Below are positions 35,662-47,937 of a stretch of DNA of 64,000 nt, piece by piece. This DNA comes from Callorhinchus milii (lineage: Eukaryota). How positions within the stretch are numbered: the stretch's first letter is position 1; each line of letters begins with the position of its first letter. Position numbers and translations under genes: made by a program. The stretch covers positions 66,156,001 through 66,220,000 of the forward strand of contig NW_024704742.1 in NCBI RefSeq assembly GCF_018977255.1. The letters are read 5' to 3'. The notes beneath the pieces were generated by a model. That model did no database searches and was not told where the DNA came from. It worked only from the letters and a program-made list of their open reading frames with translations.

Positions 35662-36443
35662 ACACCTACAAGGCCATTCACGGCCTCGCTCCCCTCACCT
35701 ACAATGCCATTCACGGCCTCGCTCCCCTCACCTACAAGGCCATTCACGGCCTCGCTCCCCTCACCTACAATGCCATTCACGGCCTCGCTCCCCTCACCTA
35801 CAAGGCCATTCACGGCCTCGCTCCCCTCACCTACAATGCCATTCACGGCCTCGCTCCCCTCACCTACAAGGCCATTCACGGCCTCGCTCCCCTCACCTAC
35901 AAGGCCATTCACGGCCTCGCTCCCCTCACCTACAAGGCCATTCACGGCCTCGCTCCCCTCACCTACAAGGCCATTCACGGCCTCGCTCCCCTCACCTACA
36001 AGGCCATTCACGGCCTCGCTCCCCTCACCTACATGGCCATTTACAGCTTCGCTCCCTCCTCCTCTCCGACCTACTATCCCCCTATCTACCTGCCCGTACC
36101 CTCCGTTCCTCTGGCTCCGGTCTGTTCCACATCCCCCACCCCAAGCACCCTATCATCGGTGGCCGGGCCTTCAGCCTCTCAGCCCCGAGGCTCTGGAACT
36201 CTATCCCCCAGTGCCTTTGCCGCTTCCTCCCTTTCCTCCTTCAAGGCCGGTCTCAAGACCTTTCTCTTTGACTGTGCCTTCAGCTCCCCTCTCAACTCTC
36301 AACCCCCTCCTCGCCCCCTCCCTTCCCTCCCCTCACCCTGACCATTTCCCCCCTTCTCGGGTCCTGACCCAACTGTCCAGTGCTTTGGGACGTCCTCCCG
36401 ACGTGAAAGGCGCTCTATAAATGAAATCTTGTTGTTGTTATTG
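35662..36443 (+). mobile_element. Young 5'-truncated L2 with TSD TTGCAT
   Basis: LSDLLSPYLPARTLRSS..IGGRAFSLSAPRLWNSIP; tail GGGACGTCCTCCCGACGTGAAAGGCGCT, (TTG)n. Confidence 0.92.
35664..36059 (+). repeat. 33-bp minisatellite, 11 near-perfect copies plus 1 diverged
   Basis: Unit ACCTACAA(G/T)GCCATTCACGGCCTCGCTCCCCTC. Confidence 0.98.
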
Positions 36444-37735
36444 TTGCATGGAAAGGCGATCGACACTCATTTCAAAAGCAGCTTGATGCTGTGATAGGAG
36501 GACTGTAGAGTAAGTGTTCTCGAGGGATGAGATCACATCAGCCGAAGGGCCTTCTTCATCCAGACCCATCTTGTGATCTTTTCTCACGACACGTTTTGCA
36601 AAATCATTCTTTTAACAGGATTCATAATTAGGGTTGACTAACAGTGGATGCTGCACCCCAATGTACTGAGATGAACCTCCAACACACCCCTCAAATCAAT
36701 GAACCAACCAGATGAAATTTATGACGTTTTCTAACACATTTTCTAACACCTATCAACCCCCATCCACCTATCAAGCCCCTCCCACACACGTAAGTGCCCC
36801 ATTGCTGCTCTTGTACCTGAAATAGCAAACGTTTGGTGAGCAGCACTGCAGAGGCCAACTGGTGTTTACTTTGTTGTTGTTTTGCAGAAATAATGGAGCT
36901 CATACAGATATGATCAGTTCTTCTCCACCCCCCCATCCCCCCCTCTCCCTCCCTCCTCCCTCTCAGATGTTGGAATGACAGCACGGGAGCTGCAGCTGTC
37001 AGTCTTGGCAAAGCATCTCGCCAGCTTTCTCCTCTGACATCCAGCAGGGCCTGTTAGATCCAGCCAGTAACAGCTTTGGACCGAGCTCAATGCCTGCATT
37101 TCTTGGCTTGGCCTTGCAGTAGCTTAAAGCAAGATACATCTCTTCAGAGCACATGTCTAAATAACAATCAAGCAGATCATTGTGCAGTGAAACCGACAAC
37201 CAGCCTTTTAACTAACAGCCCGAATTGCGATCGCCTCCGGGCTAACAATTCTTTTTTTAAAAAAAAGACCAAAAGAAAAATAAATAAAACAAAATAAAAT
37301 AAAATTGTTTTACTGTGCTTCGGTGTTGTATTGACAAGTAGGGGCAGGCTGAACTCTGGGCTCAACAGCCCCATGAGCACCGAAAGGTAATATGCTCCCA
37401 CAATCGCAACCGGGAAGCTCACAAATTAATAATAATAATACGTCCTGCTTTTCAAAATACTAATAATAATCCTTGCATTTGATATAGCGCCTTATTGAGA
37501 CGTCTCAAAGGGCTTCGCGGAATATACTGTAAAGTGAATTTACTGTGTATTTTGTGGGAGAAACGCGGCAGCCAATCGCACACAGCAGTGTCCCACAAAC
37601 AGGTAGGGAAAATGACAGCTGTCCGCACTCTTACAGGTATTTTTTTTCTCTTTGCTGTACATTTGTGTTGTCTAGCTGGCTTTTCAATTTCTCAAGGAGC
37701 AGAAAGGTCAGCTGGTTTTAGGCAGGGCGAATTGA

Positions 37736-38103
37736 GGAGCCTTGTAGCATATGGTTAGAGCACTCACCTAAGCAAGTGAGAGGACCTGGGTTCGATTCCC
37801 AGGCAGGGCGAAACGTTAGGCAAGTTTCTTTACTCCACACACCTCTGTTTACCTAGCAGTAAGTAGGAAACCGATTGGCAAATCGCTTTTCCAGGGGTAA
37901 TAATTCCTTCAAAAAATAATAATAATATTAATAAATTGGTTACTTAATCCACGACTATTTACGGGATATTCCTGTGTGCAATTAGCCATATCGCCCATAA
38001 AATATATACAGTCAATCCACTTTACACTATATTCTGTGAAGTGCTTTGAGACATCTCGAAGACGTGATATAAGACACTTTTTCAAATGCAAGGATTATTA
38101 TAT
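37736..38103 (+). mobile_element. SINE family A, full length
   Basis: Intact B box GGTTCGATTCC; (ATT)n tail. Confidence 0.9.
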
Positions 38104-38922
38104 ATTTTTATTAACCTTTGAAACTATTTTGCCCCAAGCATTATGATGGCTTGGAATTGAGACAAAGTCTTAAATTTGGTCTGAATTGTTTTTTTAAGAG
38201 AAAAACAAGTAAGGATGGAGAAAGGGAGGAATAATAATAATAATAATAATTCTTGTCTAATAATATAATCAACGCAGTTGATGCAGTGCCTTATCACATC
38301 GTCAAATTGTCTCAAAGTACTTCACAGGAGTTGCTGTAAAGCTTAGTAACTGTATATAGGAGGAAGAGAGTGAGGGAGGAGGGAAGGAGAGAGGGAACGA
38401 GAGAGAGAGAGAGGGAGCTAGTATTACACGCAGTAGAAAGATGATGAACAAAATAAGGTCAGATGAACAAAGACTACTGAAATAATGTATGTGATGTTTA
38501 TTAACATCACACAAAGGTCAAATTGGACCCCTGGCTTGTCTCCATCTACCCCCACCAGATGGGGAGAAAGAGGGTGGGCGATGATAGTGGAACAGCAGAT
38601 GTTACAGCACAGCTAAGGAATGCACAGTCTGAGTCAGATATGGATGTGAAATGACAGCTGTGATTGTGGTTTAAAAAAAACGCTGCTATCATAAAAGTGC
38701 TTACAACAAGGAGTTGATTATAGGAGTTCTGGCTCCTCACTGCTGAACCTCCCCAGGGCCCTCACTGGGTAGCGTGAGCCAAACACAGGCAACAAACTGG
38801 GAGCAGTTGCACTTCAGACTTGGGAACGAGGAAAAAAGAGCAGAGACACTGCAAGGGAGCGCTCATTCTGTCATTACATTTGACATTGTGAAATATTCCG
38901 TATTTGTACCGCGCCTTAATAG

Positions 38923-39283
38923 TAATAATAATCCTTGCATTTGATATAGCACTTTATCACGGCGTTGAAATATTTCAAAGTGCTTCACAGAATATATTGT
39001 AAATCAGGTTGACTGTGTATTTTGTGGGAGAAACATGGCAGCCAACTGCGCACAGCAGCGTCCCACAAACAGTCGTGAAATGAGTCACCAATTTTTTCTG
39101 AGGAATTATTACCCTCAGAAAGCGATCTGTCAATCTACTAACAACCGGGTTTCTACTTATTGTTAGGTTAACAGAGGCGTGTGGAGTAAGGAAACTTGCC
39201 TAAGGTTTCGTCCTACCTGGGAAATGAACCTGAGTCCTCTCACTTGCGAGGCGAGTGCCCTAACCAATACACTATGGGACTCC
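38923..39283 (-). mobile_element. SINE family A, full length
   Basis: Reverse-complement head CTATGGGACTCC and tail. Confidence 0.92.
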
Positions 39284-39674
39284 TTATCACGTTGCAATGT
39301 CTCAAAGTGTTTCACGGAGCAATTGCCGTCCAATATAGTGACTGTTTTTTCACAATAATAATAATAATCCTTATATTTGGTATATCGTCTATCATATCAG
39401 GAGAACATCCCAAAACAGAATATTACTGTAAAGTGAATTGACTGTGTGTTTGTGGGCAAACACAGCAGCAAATTTGCATACAGCCATGACCTACATTCAC
39501 CCATGAAGTGAATGCCCAATTTTATTTGGGGGATTGGTTGGCCAAGACACAGGAAGAAATTTCCTTCTCTTTTCAAATAAAGTCATGGGATCTTAAAGAG
39601 GATGTAGGACTTTAAAATAAATAAATAATAATAAAACTAATAATTTGGTCAGTCAATCCATGACTGATTGCAGA

Positions 39675-39915
39675 AACACTATTTCAGTGACCGAGTAATA
39701 AACTTATGGAACAGGCTCCCTAGGGAGATGATGAAAGCAGAAAGTATTGTTTGTTTCAAGAATAAATTAGCTAGATTTCTGCTAGAAAATAATATCTCAG
39801 GATACAGTGTATAGTTTGGGACATGACATGTGAAGTGATAGCCAAGATGGTGGAAGGCGAATTAGATGGACTTTGGTCTCCTTTCGCTTAGCAAATTCTT
39901 ATGTTCTTTACTATG
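39675..39915 (+). mobile_element. CR1 LINE 3' end
   Basis: RKHYFSDRVINLWNRLP-like; tail TTCTTATGTTCTT. Confidence 0.8.
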
Positions 39916-40466
39916 TCAAATGCAAGGATTATTATTATTATTAACATCCACCTAAAGGACTTTATGTGCCCCCACCTCGCTCCTTCCCTCGCCTCCTTGA
40001 AGAACTGTCTCACGACCTTCCTCTTTGGTGGTCCCTTCGGTCATCTTTCCCCCACCATCCCCACTGCCCTTGGACCTCACCCTACCCGAATCCAAACCTT
40101 TGACTGTCCAGCTCCTTGGGACATCCTCCCAATGTGAAAGATGCTAAATAAGTGTTGTTGTTGTTGTTGAATAAGCAGGCAGGGTTTTGGGTTTAACGTC
40201 TCATCCAAAGGATGGTACCTCCAACAATGCAACACACCCCCAGCACTACATTTGAGTGTCATCTCAGACTATATGAGTTCCACGTCCCAGAGATAGGGCT
40301 TGAATTCACAACATTGTAGGTAAGCGTGGCAGTTGTTTCTAGCAAGGAACCATGAGGAACTGACTGATTTATCCTGTGGGCTGTTGACCAGGATAGGGAG
40401 AAACTCCCTTCTCCTTTTTACTGCAATTCTGATCATCAATGTCCTCCTGAGAAACTGGCAGGCAAT

Positions 40467-40760
40467 TTAACGTCTCAAATGAAACGTTAAACTGAGGTCC
40501 TGTCTGTGCCTGTTCAGGTGAATGTGAAAGATTCCCCATGGCACTATTGGAAAAAAGAAGGGAGTTTCTCCTGGTGTCCTGGCCAATAATCACACAGATA
40601 AACAGGTCATTCAATTATGACCGTTTGTGGAATATTGCTGTGCGCATAACTGCTGCCAAGTTCGCCTACAAAATACACATTCACTCCATTTTACAATATA
40701 TGCATGAAGCACTTTAAGATATCTTCTTAAAGTAATGAGCGCTAAACCAAATGCAACGAT
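40467..40760 (+). mobile_element. SINE family B, core and tail
   Basis: GTTAAACTGAGGTCCTGTCTG..GTTCAGGTG core. Confidence 0.8.
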
Positions 40761-40980
40761 AACAGACATTTCCTCCAACAATACAACGGAACCTCAAACT
40801 GACCCATAATCTCAATAAATATGTTTGTGTTTGTTTGGGCTGTTTTTCTTTGGCATCGAATTATCCTATTATTTATGCAGATATATCCTACTATAGTCTT
40901 CCTGATCAACTCTTTCTTTCATGGTTGAATGTTTGGCTCGAACACAGAATTGACGAGCTGAGCATGGTGATCATAGCAGA

Positions 40981-41313
40981 TAATAATAATAATCCTTGCA
41001 TTTGATATAGCGCTTTATCACGTCTTCTAGAAGTCTCAAAGTGCTTCACAGAATTTACTATAAAGTGAATTGACTATAATTGTGGGCGAAACACAGCAGC
41101 CAATTGTGAAAAGCAGTGTCCCACAAACAGTCATGGATTGAATGACCCAATTTTTTTTGAGCGATTATTATCCCTGAAAAAGCGATCCACCAATTGACTA
41201 ACAACTGCAAGGTAAACAGAGGCATGTAGAGTAAGGAAAGTTGCCCAATATTTCACCTTGTCTGGATTCAAACCCAGCTCTCTCGCTGTCGATGCGAGTG
41301 CTCCAAGAACTCC
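40981..41313 (-). mobile_element. SINE family A
   Basis: Reverse-complement tail, body, eroded head. Confidence 0.88.
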
Positions 41314-42188
41314 AAGATAGTACAGGATAGTATCAATGCATTTAAGAGGAATCTAGATATACACACGAAAAGAGAGAATAGGTGTGAGTGAAAGAGCAGG
41401 TGGAGACTCATGTGGAGTGTAAACATTGGCACAGACTAGTTTGGCCAAATGGCCTGATTCAGTGCTATACAGTCTATACAGTTTTTAATATCCATCTGAA
41501 CAGGCAAATGGGACCTCTGTTTAATGTCTCATCCAAAGGATGGCACCTCTAACAATGCAATACACTCCAGTGCTGCATTACAGTGTCAGCTAGACAATGC
41601 GATTCAAGTCTTGACATGGGGCTTCAGCCGACAACCCTCTGACTCAGAGGTGAGTGTGCAACCACTGAGCCAAGCTGACACACATTTAAAGATAGATACA
41701 GAGAAACATGGTGGAGGGACAGAGGCAGGCAGTTTCATAAGTGAGGGAGTTGGCAGTGGAATGACTGAAGGCAAAGATGATGGCACAGAGATTTGTGGGG
41801 TGGGTGGGGTCAGATTTATACAAGCATGTGTCTGCTGAGCGAAGGGCAGTGAAGTGTGGTATGAGCTGGTCTGAGAGGTAGGGATGATGACATATCATAG
41901 CAATATTTGTACATTTGGTTATCTTCCAAGTAACTCAACCTAACTCCAAACCCAATGGACATGTCAATAAAGGTTCATGTTATTACACTGCAGTGTTTCA
42001 TAATTAGCATCAGATGTTTTCTCTGTAAGGCAAACACTTTGCACATAGCAATTCCTACTGTATAAACAGTCGTGACCGATTAACCTGGAGGATTGTTGGG
42101 AAGAACCCAGGGAGAAACTCCTTCCTATTTCCAAATAACGTTTTGGGTATCTTTTAACTCTCACCTGAACAAACAGATGTAAAGCCTT

Positions 42189-42522
42189 GTGTCAGCTTGG
42201 CTCAGTAGGTAGCACTCTGACCTCTGAGTCAGAAGGTTGTGGGTTCAAATCCCAAGTCAGGACTTGAACTCACATAGTCTAAGATGACACTCCAATGCAG
42301 CGCTGGGTGGGTGTTGCATGATCTTTTGAATGAGATGTTAAATCAGGGTTCCGTATGCCTGTTCAGATGGATGTTAAAAACCCCACGACACTATTCAGAA
42401 AGAGAAGAGATTTTCTACTGGTTTCTTGGCCAACAATCCTCAAATAAAATTGTTCACTCACTTCATGGCTGTTTGTGGGACATTGCTGTGCACAATTGTG
42501 CTGCCGCATTTGCCCACATAAC
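42189..42522 (+). mobile_element. SINE family B
   Basis: TGTCAGCTTGGCTCAGTAGGTAGCAC head, core. Confidence 0.88.
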
Positions 42523-42781
42523 ATACCTGGAGACCACCTACTGCTCCGGCTGATGAATCTGCTCAGCAAATGCCAGCCTGCTTCATATCCCTCTGCCTGT
42601 TCCATTCCACCATCGGTGGGTGAGCCTTCACCCTCCAATGTCCACAAACAGTTGTGGATCGAGTGACCAAGTTAATTATTTAAATAACTTACTTAATTAA
42701 TTCATTCATTTATTGAAGGGATTATAACCCCCGGAAAATAATCCACCAATTGACTAACAGGGTTCATATATATTGCTAAGT

Positions 42782-43032
42782 AATAATACTAGTAATCCTT
42801 GCATTTGATATAATGCTTTATCACATCTTTGATTGGTCTCAAAGTGCTTCACAGAATATACTGTAAAGTGAATTAACTGTATATTTTGTGGGAGAAACAT
42901 GGTAGCCAATTCCACAGCAGTGTCCCACAAACAGTCTTGGATTGAGTGACCAATTTCTTAATTTTTTTGAAGGAATTATTACCCCCGGAAAAGTGATCTA
43001 CAAGTGCTCTAACCACTGTGCTACGAGACTTC
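42782..43032 (-). mobile_element. SINE family A, internally deleted
   Basis: Reverse-complement tail, body, head remnant. Confidence 0.85.
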
Positions 43033-43833
43033 ATTGTAGTTACAATCCCAACATGAACCTTGATCCAACATCACTTCTGATCCCAAAGGAAGACGCTACC
43101 AACTGAGCTGAGCTGACTGCTGGAATTAACTTCAACTTTATGTTTGCTAACTGTGGTTACATTTATTTGGGTGAACATATCCTGTCGTTCTGAACAGATA
43201 GTTCCCATTGAATCTCCAAGGTCAAGGCCCCCTCATGGGCCTGTTCACAGGGTTTTGTTGACCCTGTACTGTGTTGACTGCCAATGTAACATATCCACAC
43301 AAGGCTGTGACAAGAAACAGGGGTAAAGGGAACAAAACATCAAAGAACCTGACCAGAAGTCCTCCACCCAAACCCAACACAGGTGGCATAAACCCCAGTA
43401 AGGACAATTATGCTCCAGCTTTAAACTCTTTACAAACACCTAATAACATGCATAAAAAAAACCTTACATTTGATATTGCCCCTTTCACTTTGAGCAGATG
43501 TCTCAAAATATTTCTTCCATAGGATTTTCATTAGCATCTTGGGATGTCCTTCCAATGTGAAAGGCATTATATAAATGTAATTTGTTGTTGGATTTTACTA
43601 AAAAGTTTAGTGACTGTATTTTGAAGGCAAACACGGCAGCTAATTTGTGCACAGAAATATCCCACAAACAGCCATGAAGTGAATGGCCAATTATTTTTTA
43701 ATCTGGGGGATTATTCGCCAGGACACCTGGAGAAACACCTTTCTTTTTAATAGTGTCACGCTATTTAACATCCACTTGAACTAGCAGAGGAGACCTCGTT
43801 AATGTCTCACCCAAAGTACAGCACTTGTGATGC

Positions 43834-44184
43834 GGAGTCCCATAGTATAGTGGTTAGAGTACTTGCCTCGCAAGCGAGAGGACATGAGTTTGATTCACAG
43901 GTGGGGCAAAACCTTAGGCAACTTTCCTTACTTCACACGTCTCAGTTTACCTAACAGTAAGTAGAAACCCAGTTGTTAGTCGATTGGCAAATTGCTCTCC
44001 GAGGGTAATAATCTGTCCAAAAAAAAATGCGGTCACTCAATTAACGACTGTTTGCTGCGTGCAATTGGCTGCTGCATTTCGCTCACAAAATACAGTCAAT
44101 CCACTTTATAGTATACTCTGTACAGTGCTTTGAGACATCTCAATAACATGATATGGTGTTATATCAAATGCAGGGATTATTATT
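43834..44184 (+). mobile_element. SINE family A nested in a minus-strand family-B copy (43590-44278)
   Basis: GGAGTCCCATAG head; family-B sequence on both flanks. Confidence 0.9.
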
Positions 44185-44296
44185 AATGTAGTGCTCCCCT
44201 GAAAACATCATGCTAGAGTCAAAGGATAGCCTGGACCAGATGAGATCAAAGTCCCGAAACGGGGCTTGAACCCACAACTATATCCCCGTTGCCTCT

Positions 44297-44755
44297 CACA
44301 TTGACCAGAGTTTAATGTGACATCAAGGTCTCCTGAGGCAAAAAGACCTGATATTGATTTTTGTTTTGCTCGCCTGAACTTTAGACACCTCACCAGTTAT
44401 TTATATTACCTCACGATCCGCTAATACTGGGCTCCATCTTTGAGTTTTTATACCAACGTATTTTGGATCCAACACAGTAGAATGAGAAACTCCTTTGTGG
44501 AACTCCATTGCCGATGACAGTAAAAAAAAATCCCTCCAAGGTAAACCCAGCAAAAGGCATTTTTTCCCACGCCTCTGCTTAAAAAAAAATTGATTCAAGA
44601 TGAAGCCCAGTATTAGCGGATAGTGAGGTAATAAATAGCATCTTGCACTAATTTTAACTGATGAAGTGTCTGAAGTTCAGGCCAACAAAACAGAAATCTA
44701 AATCAGATCTCTGTGCCTCAGGAGACCGCAGGTCAGGTTAAACTCTGTTCAGGTG
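44297..44755. repeat. Long imperfect palindrome (arms ~150 bp, spacer ~145 bp)
   Basis: ATTACCTCACGATCCGCTAATACTGGGCT / AGCCCAGTATTAGCGGATAGTGAGGTAAT; GGTCTCCTGAGGCA / TGCCTCAGGAGACC. Confidence 0.95.
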
Positions 44756-45237
44756 GCTCAGCACTGAGAGCTGTTGAGGTTCTCAAACAAACCCGAGTGT
44801 CAGCAGTTGGAATCTGATTTGCTTACACGCGAGGTAACAGTGCGGAAAATGACTGCTTACTCACCGGGCAGATGGTCCAGGGATGAGAGATGATTGAGTG
44901 CAAGTGTCACAGCTCTAAGAAATAAGCAAGGGATTCCTGACTCCAAGCATGCACTCTGTTTGTGGAGAAATAAATAATTTTATTTATAATACTAATCACA
45001 CATTGGGGTTGGGGGGTATGGTTAACAATCACCTGTTTGTAACAATTTGTGTCTGCCCATGTAATTCTGCCACATTTTTACTATTATTAATAATAAGACT
45101 TGCGTTTCATAATAATAATAATCCTTGTATTTGATATGGCGTCTTATCACATCGTTGAGCCGTCTCAAAGCGCTTCACAACATAAAGTGAATTGACTGTA
45201 TATTTTGTGGGCAAAACCTTGTTACGACTTTGAACTT

Positions 45238-45548
45238 TTCAAAGCGCTTCATAGGATTTTACTGTCAGAGCAACTGCGTAATTGTAGGCAAACGCAGCAG
45301 CCAATTTGTGCATGGCAATGCCCCACTAACAACCATGAAGCGAGTGACCATTTAGTTTTTATCTGGGGTAATTGTTGGTCAGGACACTGAGAGAAACTCG
45401 CTTCTCTTTCAAATAGCACTATGGGATTCTTAATTTCCACCTGAACAGGCAGATTGGACCGCAGTTTAACGTCTCACCCAAATGATTCATGGGGCTTGAA
45501 TCCACAGCCCTCTGACTCTGAGTGCTACTAGCTGAGATAGGCTGACAC
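45238..45548 (-). mobile_element. SINE family B, internally deleted
   Basis: Reverse-complement core and head. Confidence 0.82.
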
Positions 45549-47454
45549 CACATTTGAGCTGCAAGGGTGTAATTTGAGATATTTCCTGAAGGATAGATGC
45601 AATATTTCTTAAGAATGAACCCGAGATATCTATATTTGAGACTCGTTTGTTAACCAGGGGCAATATCTGTCCGGAGTGGAGTTACAGTGTGTCACCAGGA
45701 ATTCTAACAGGATTCCTCAACAAGGAATCGGAATTCCTGCAAATGAGGAAGCCTACTGCTGAGTGGAAGTGAATCACACCAGCTCAGCTCATGGATCTAA
45801 CTTGCAAAGATCAATCACGATCTAAATTCCAGAGCGGGATTCCCACGAGGGTTGGGAATTATAATAAAAATAATAATCCTTGCATTTGATATAGCGCCCT
45901 ATCACATCTTCAAGATGTCTCAAAGTGCTTCACAGAATATACTGTAAAGCAAATTGACTGTATATTTTGTGGGCGAAACGCGCCAGCTAATTGCACACAG
46001 CAGTGTCCCACAACTTATTAATTTATTGCCATTATTTAATGCATCTCCATCCGACTGGGAAATTATGTGTCTGACCTCAGAGCTTTTGAGCCCGTGGCTG
46101 ACAACCCAACGCAGTGAAAGTTTTGCTGGGAAAAAAGGCAAAGGGGGTAAATACAAGTCATACGAAATGTCATTGACTCCCAAGGCCAGCGCGAAACAAC
46201 ATGAATAGTCTTTTTATGCGGCTGGTGTAGATTATATATCCAGCAGCATAAGGAAGGCATTTGGGAAGTGCACAAAGGGTTCTAGGCAAATTATACAATG
46301 AATGTTGCCCGAGTGTTAACAGTCCGATAATCTGCGGCAGCTGTGTTCAATAGAGTGTACAGCTGAAACCCGGCACAATTTTACACGCTCCAACATTTAC
46401 AAACATCCGAGCACAAAAGGGAGGTTTGTAATCCTTCTGGAATTGATTGAATACTTCCTGTTTTTCCATACATTCCCTCCCCCCTCCCCTCCACTCCACT
46501 CTGCACAACGCCAGACCCTGTAACTAAGACAGATGGATCTGGGCGGAATGGTAAAGTAACTGATAAGTTTAACCCAGAAAAGATGTAAGGACATCTGTCA
46601 TGTTCTGGGTGTAAAATGAAGAGCCTTCAATGGGGTCAGTATTGCAGCTCCAACAATTGGAGGTGTGGAGCTTAAGCAGCAGCTGCTGACATCTCTGCAG
46701 GCCGATCAAGGTGGATTCCAGGCCCTGGACATAAGAATGTGGGTTCGCAAACTCGGACTCCAGGTAACACCTATCATCAGCTGTCATCCCAAACCTCAGA
46801 ATTTCCTCATCAGCTATCTGACGGACATCTGCTTACATCGTGGTGCGACGAATTTTACAGTTCAGCGTGTGATGTGCCAGGCACCCTGACGTTCTCGAGG
46901 TTCAAGTCCAATGCAGTGTATCATCCTTACTCAGCATCAGCTGCTCAATCCACATCCTCATGTGAGGGGCCTTGGAAAATACATGTGCTCGCTGTGAAGC
47001 CACCCCCGCATCCAGGGTACCCAATTTTATTTGGGGGATTGTTGGCCAGGATACTGGGAGAAACTCTTTTCACTTTTTGAACAGTGCTGTGAGATCTTTA
47101 ACATCCTCCTGAACAGGCAGACTGGGCCTCGGTTTAACGTCTCATACAAAGTACGGGAAACTTTTTTCTCTTTTAAGATAGTGCCAAGAGATCTTTAACA
47201 CCCGCTTGAACAGGCTGACTGGACTTTTGTTAAACGTGAAATTCTAAGGATGGCGCCTCCATTAACACAGCGCTTCCCCAAGCACTGCCCTGGGGTGGCA
47301 GCCTTGATGATGTACGTTCACAATTTGCAAAGTTACCGTCCTTGGCAATGTGTGCACATAATGGAATTATCAGACAACCTCATCAACAACAACAACTTGC
47401 ATTTATATAGAGCCCTTCGTGCGGGGCAGCGTCCCAGAGCGCTTGAAAGTGGAG

Positions 47455-47937
47455 TATGACCCGTGATCCTGTCACCCCCATCCTTGCACAACTCCACTGG
47501 CTTCCCATCACACAGAGGATACAGTTCAAGATCCTGGTCCTCACCTTCAAAGCCCTCCATGATCTTGCTCCCCGTACCTCTGCGACCTCCTAATCCCCTA
47601 CCAACCTGCCCTTTCCCTCCGCTCAGCGGGCTCCAGCCTGTTTCACGACCCCACCTCGCCCGCCTCACCATTGGTGGTTGGACCTTCATCCACTCTGTCC
47701 CCAACCTCTGGAACTCCATCCCACAGTCCCTCCATCTCACCCCTCCCTTGCCCCCTTCAAGAACCATCTCAAGACCCTCTTCTTCAACCATGCCTGTGAT
47801 CAGCCTCCTTATCTCCCTGCTCTCCACCCTCCCCGATCCCGACCTCCAGCTCAGGTGTGAAATATTGACTGTCCAGTGCCTTGGGACGTCCTCCCGGCAT
47901 GAAAGGCACCATACAAATGTAATTTTGTTGTTGTTGT
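47455..47937 (+). mobile_element. L2 LINE 3' fragment
   Basis: DPVTPILAQLHWLPI..FKILVLTFKALHDLAP; TIGGWTFIHSVPNLWNSIP; (TTG)n tail. Confidence 0.92.

Larger units (their letters stand above)
35618..36582 (+). mobile_element. CR1 3' end split by an L2 insertion
   Basis: FMQRVINGWNR on the left; CAGCTTGATGCTGTG..GCCGAAGGGCCTTCTTCATCC..TTGTGATCTT on the right. Confidence 0.7.

Noticed and set aside
35664..36059. CRISPR array
   Set aside because: Units are directly adjacent with no unique spacers, there are no cas genes, and the context is vertebrate.
35582..36420. Four long overlapping ORFs (137-259 aa) as host genes
   Set aside because: They are open only because a stop-free 33-bp unit from L2 ORF2 is repeated; no gene context.
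37736..37810. tRNA genes at SINE heads
   Set aside because: A and B boxes are present, but each continues into the SINE body and tail without a tRNA terminator or a clean cloverleaf.
46648..46763. Coding exon ending CAG|GTAACA
   Set aside because: Poor polypyrimidine tract and unrecognised peptide.
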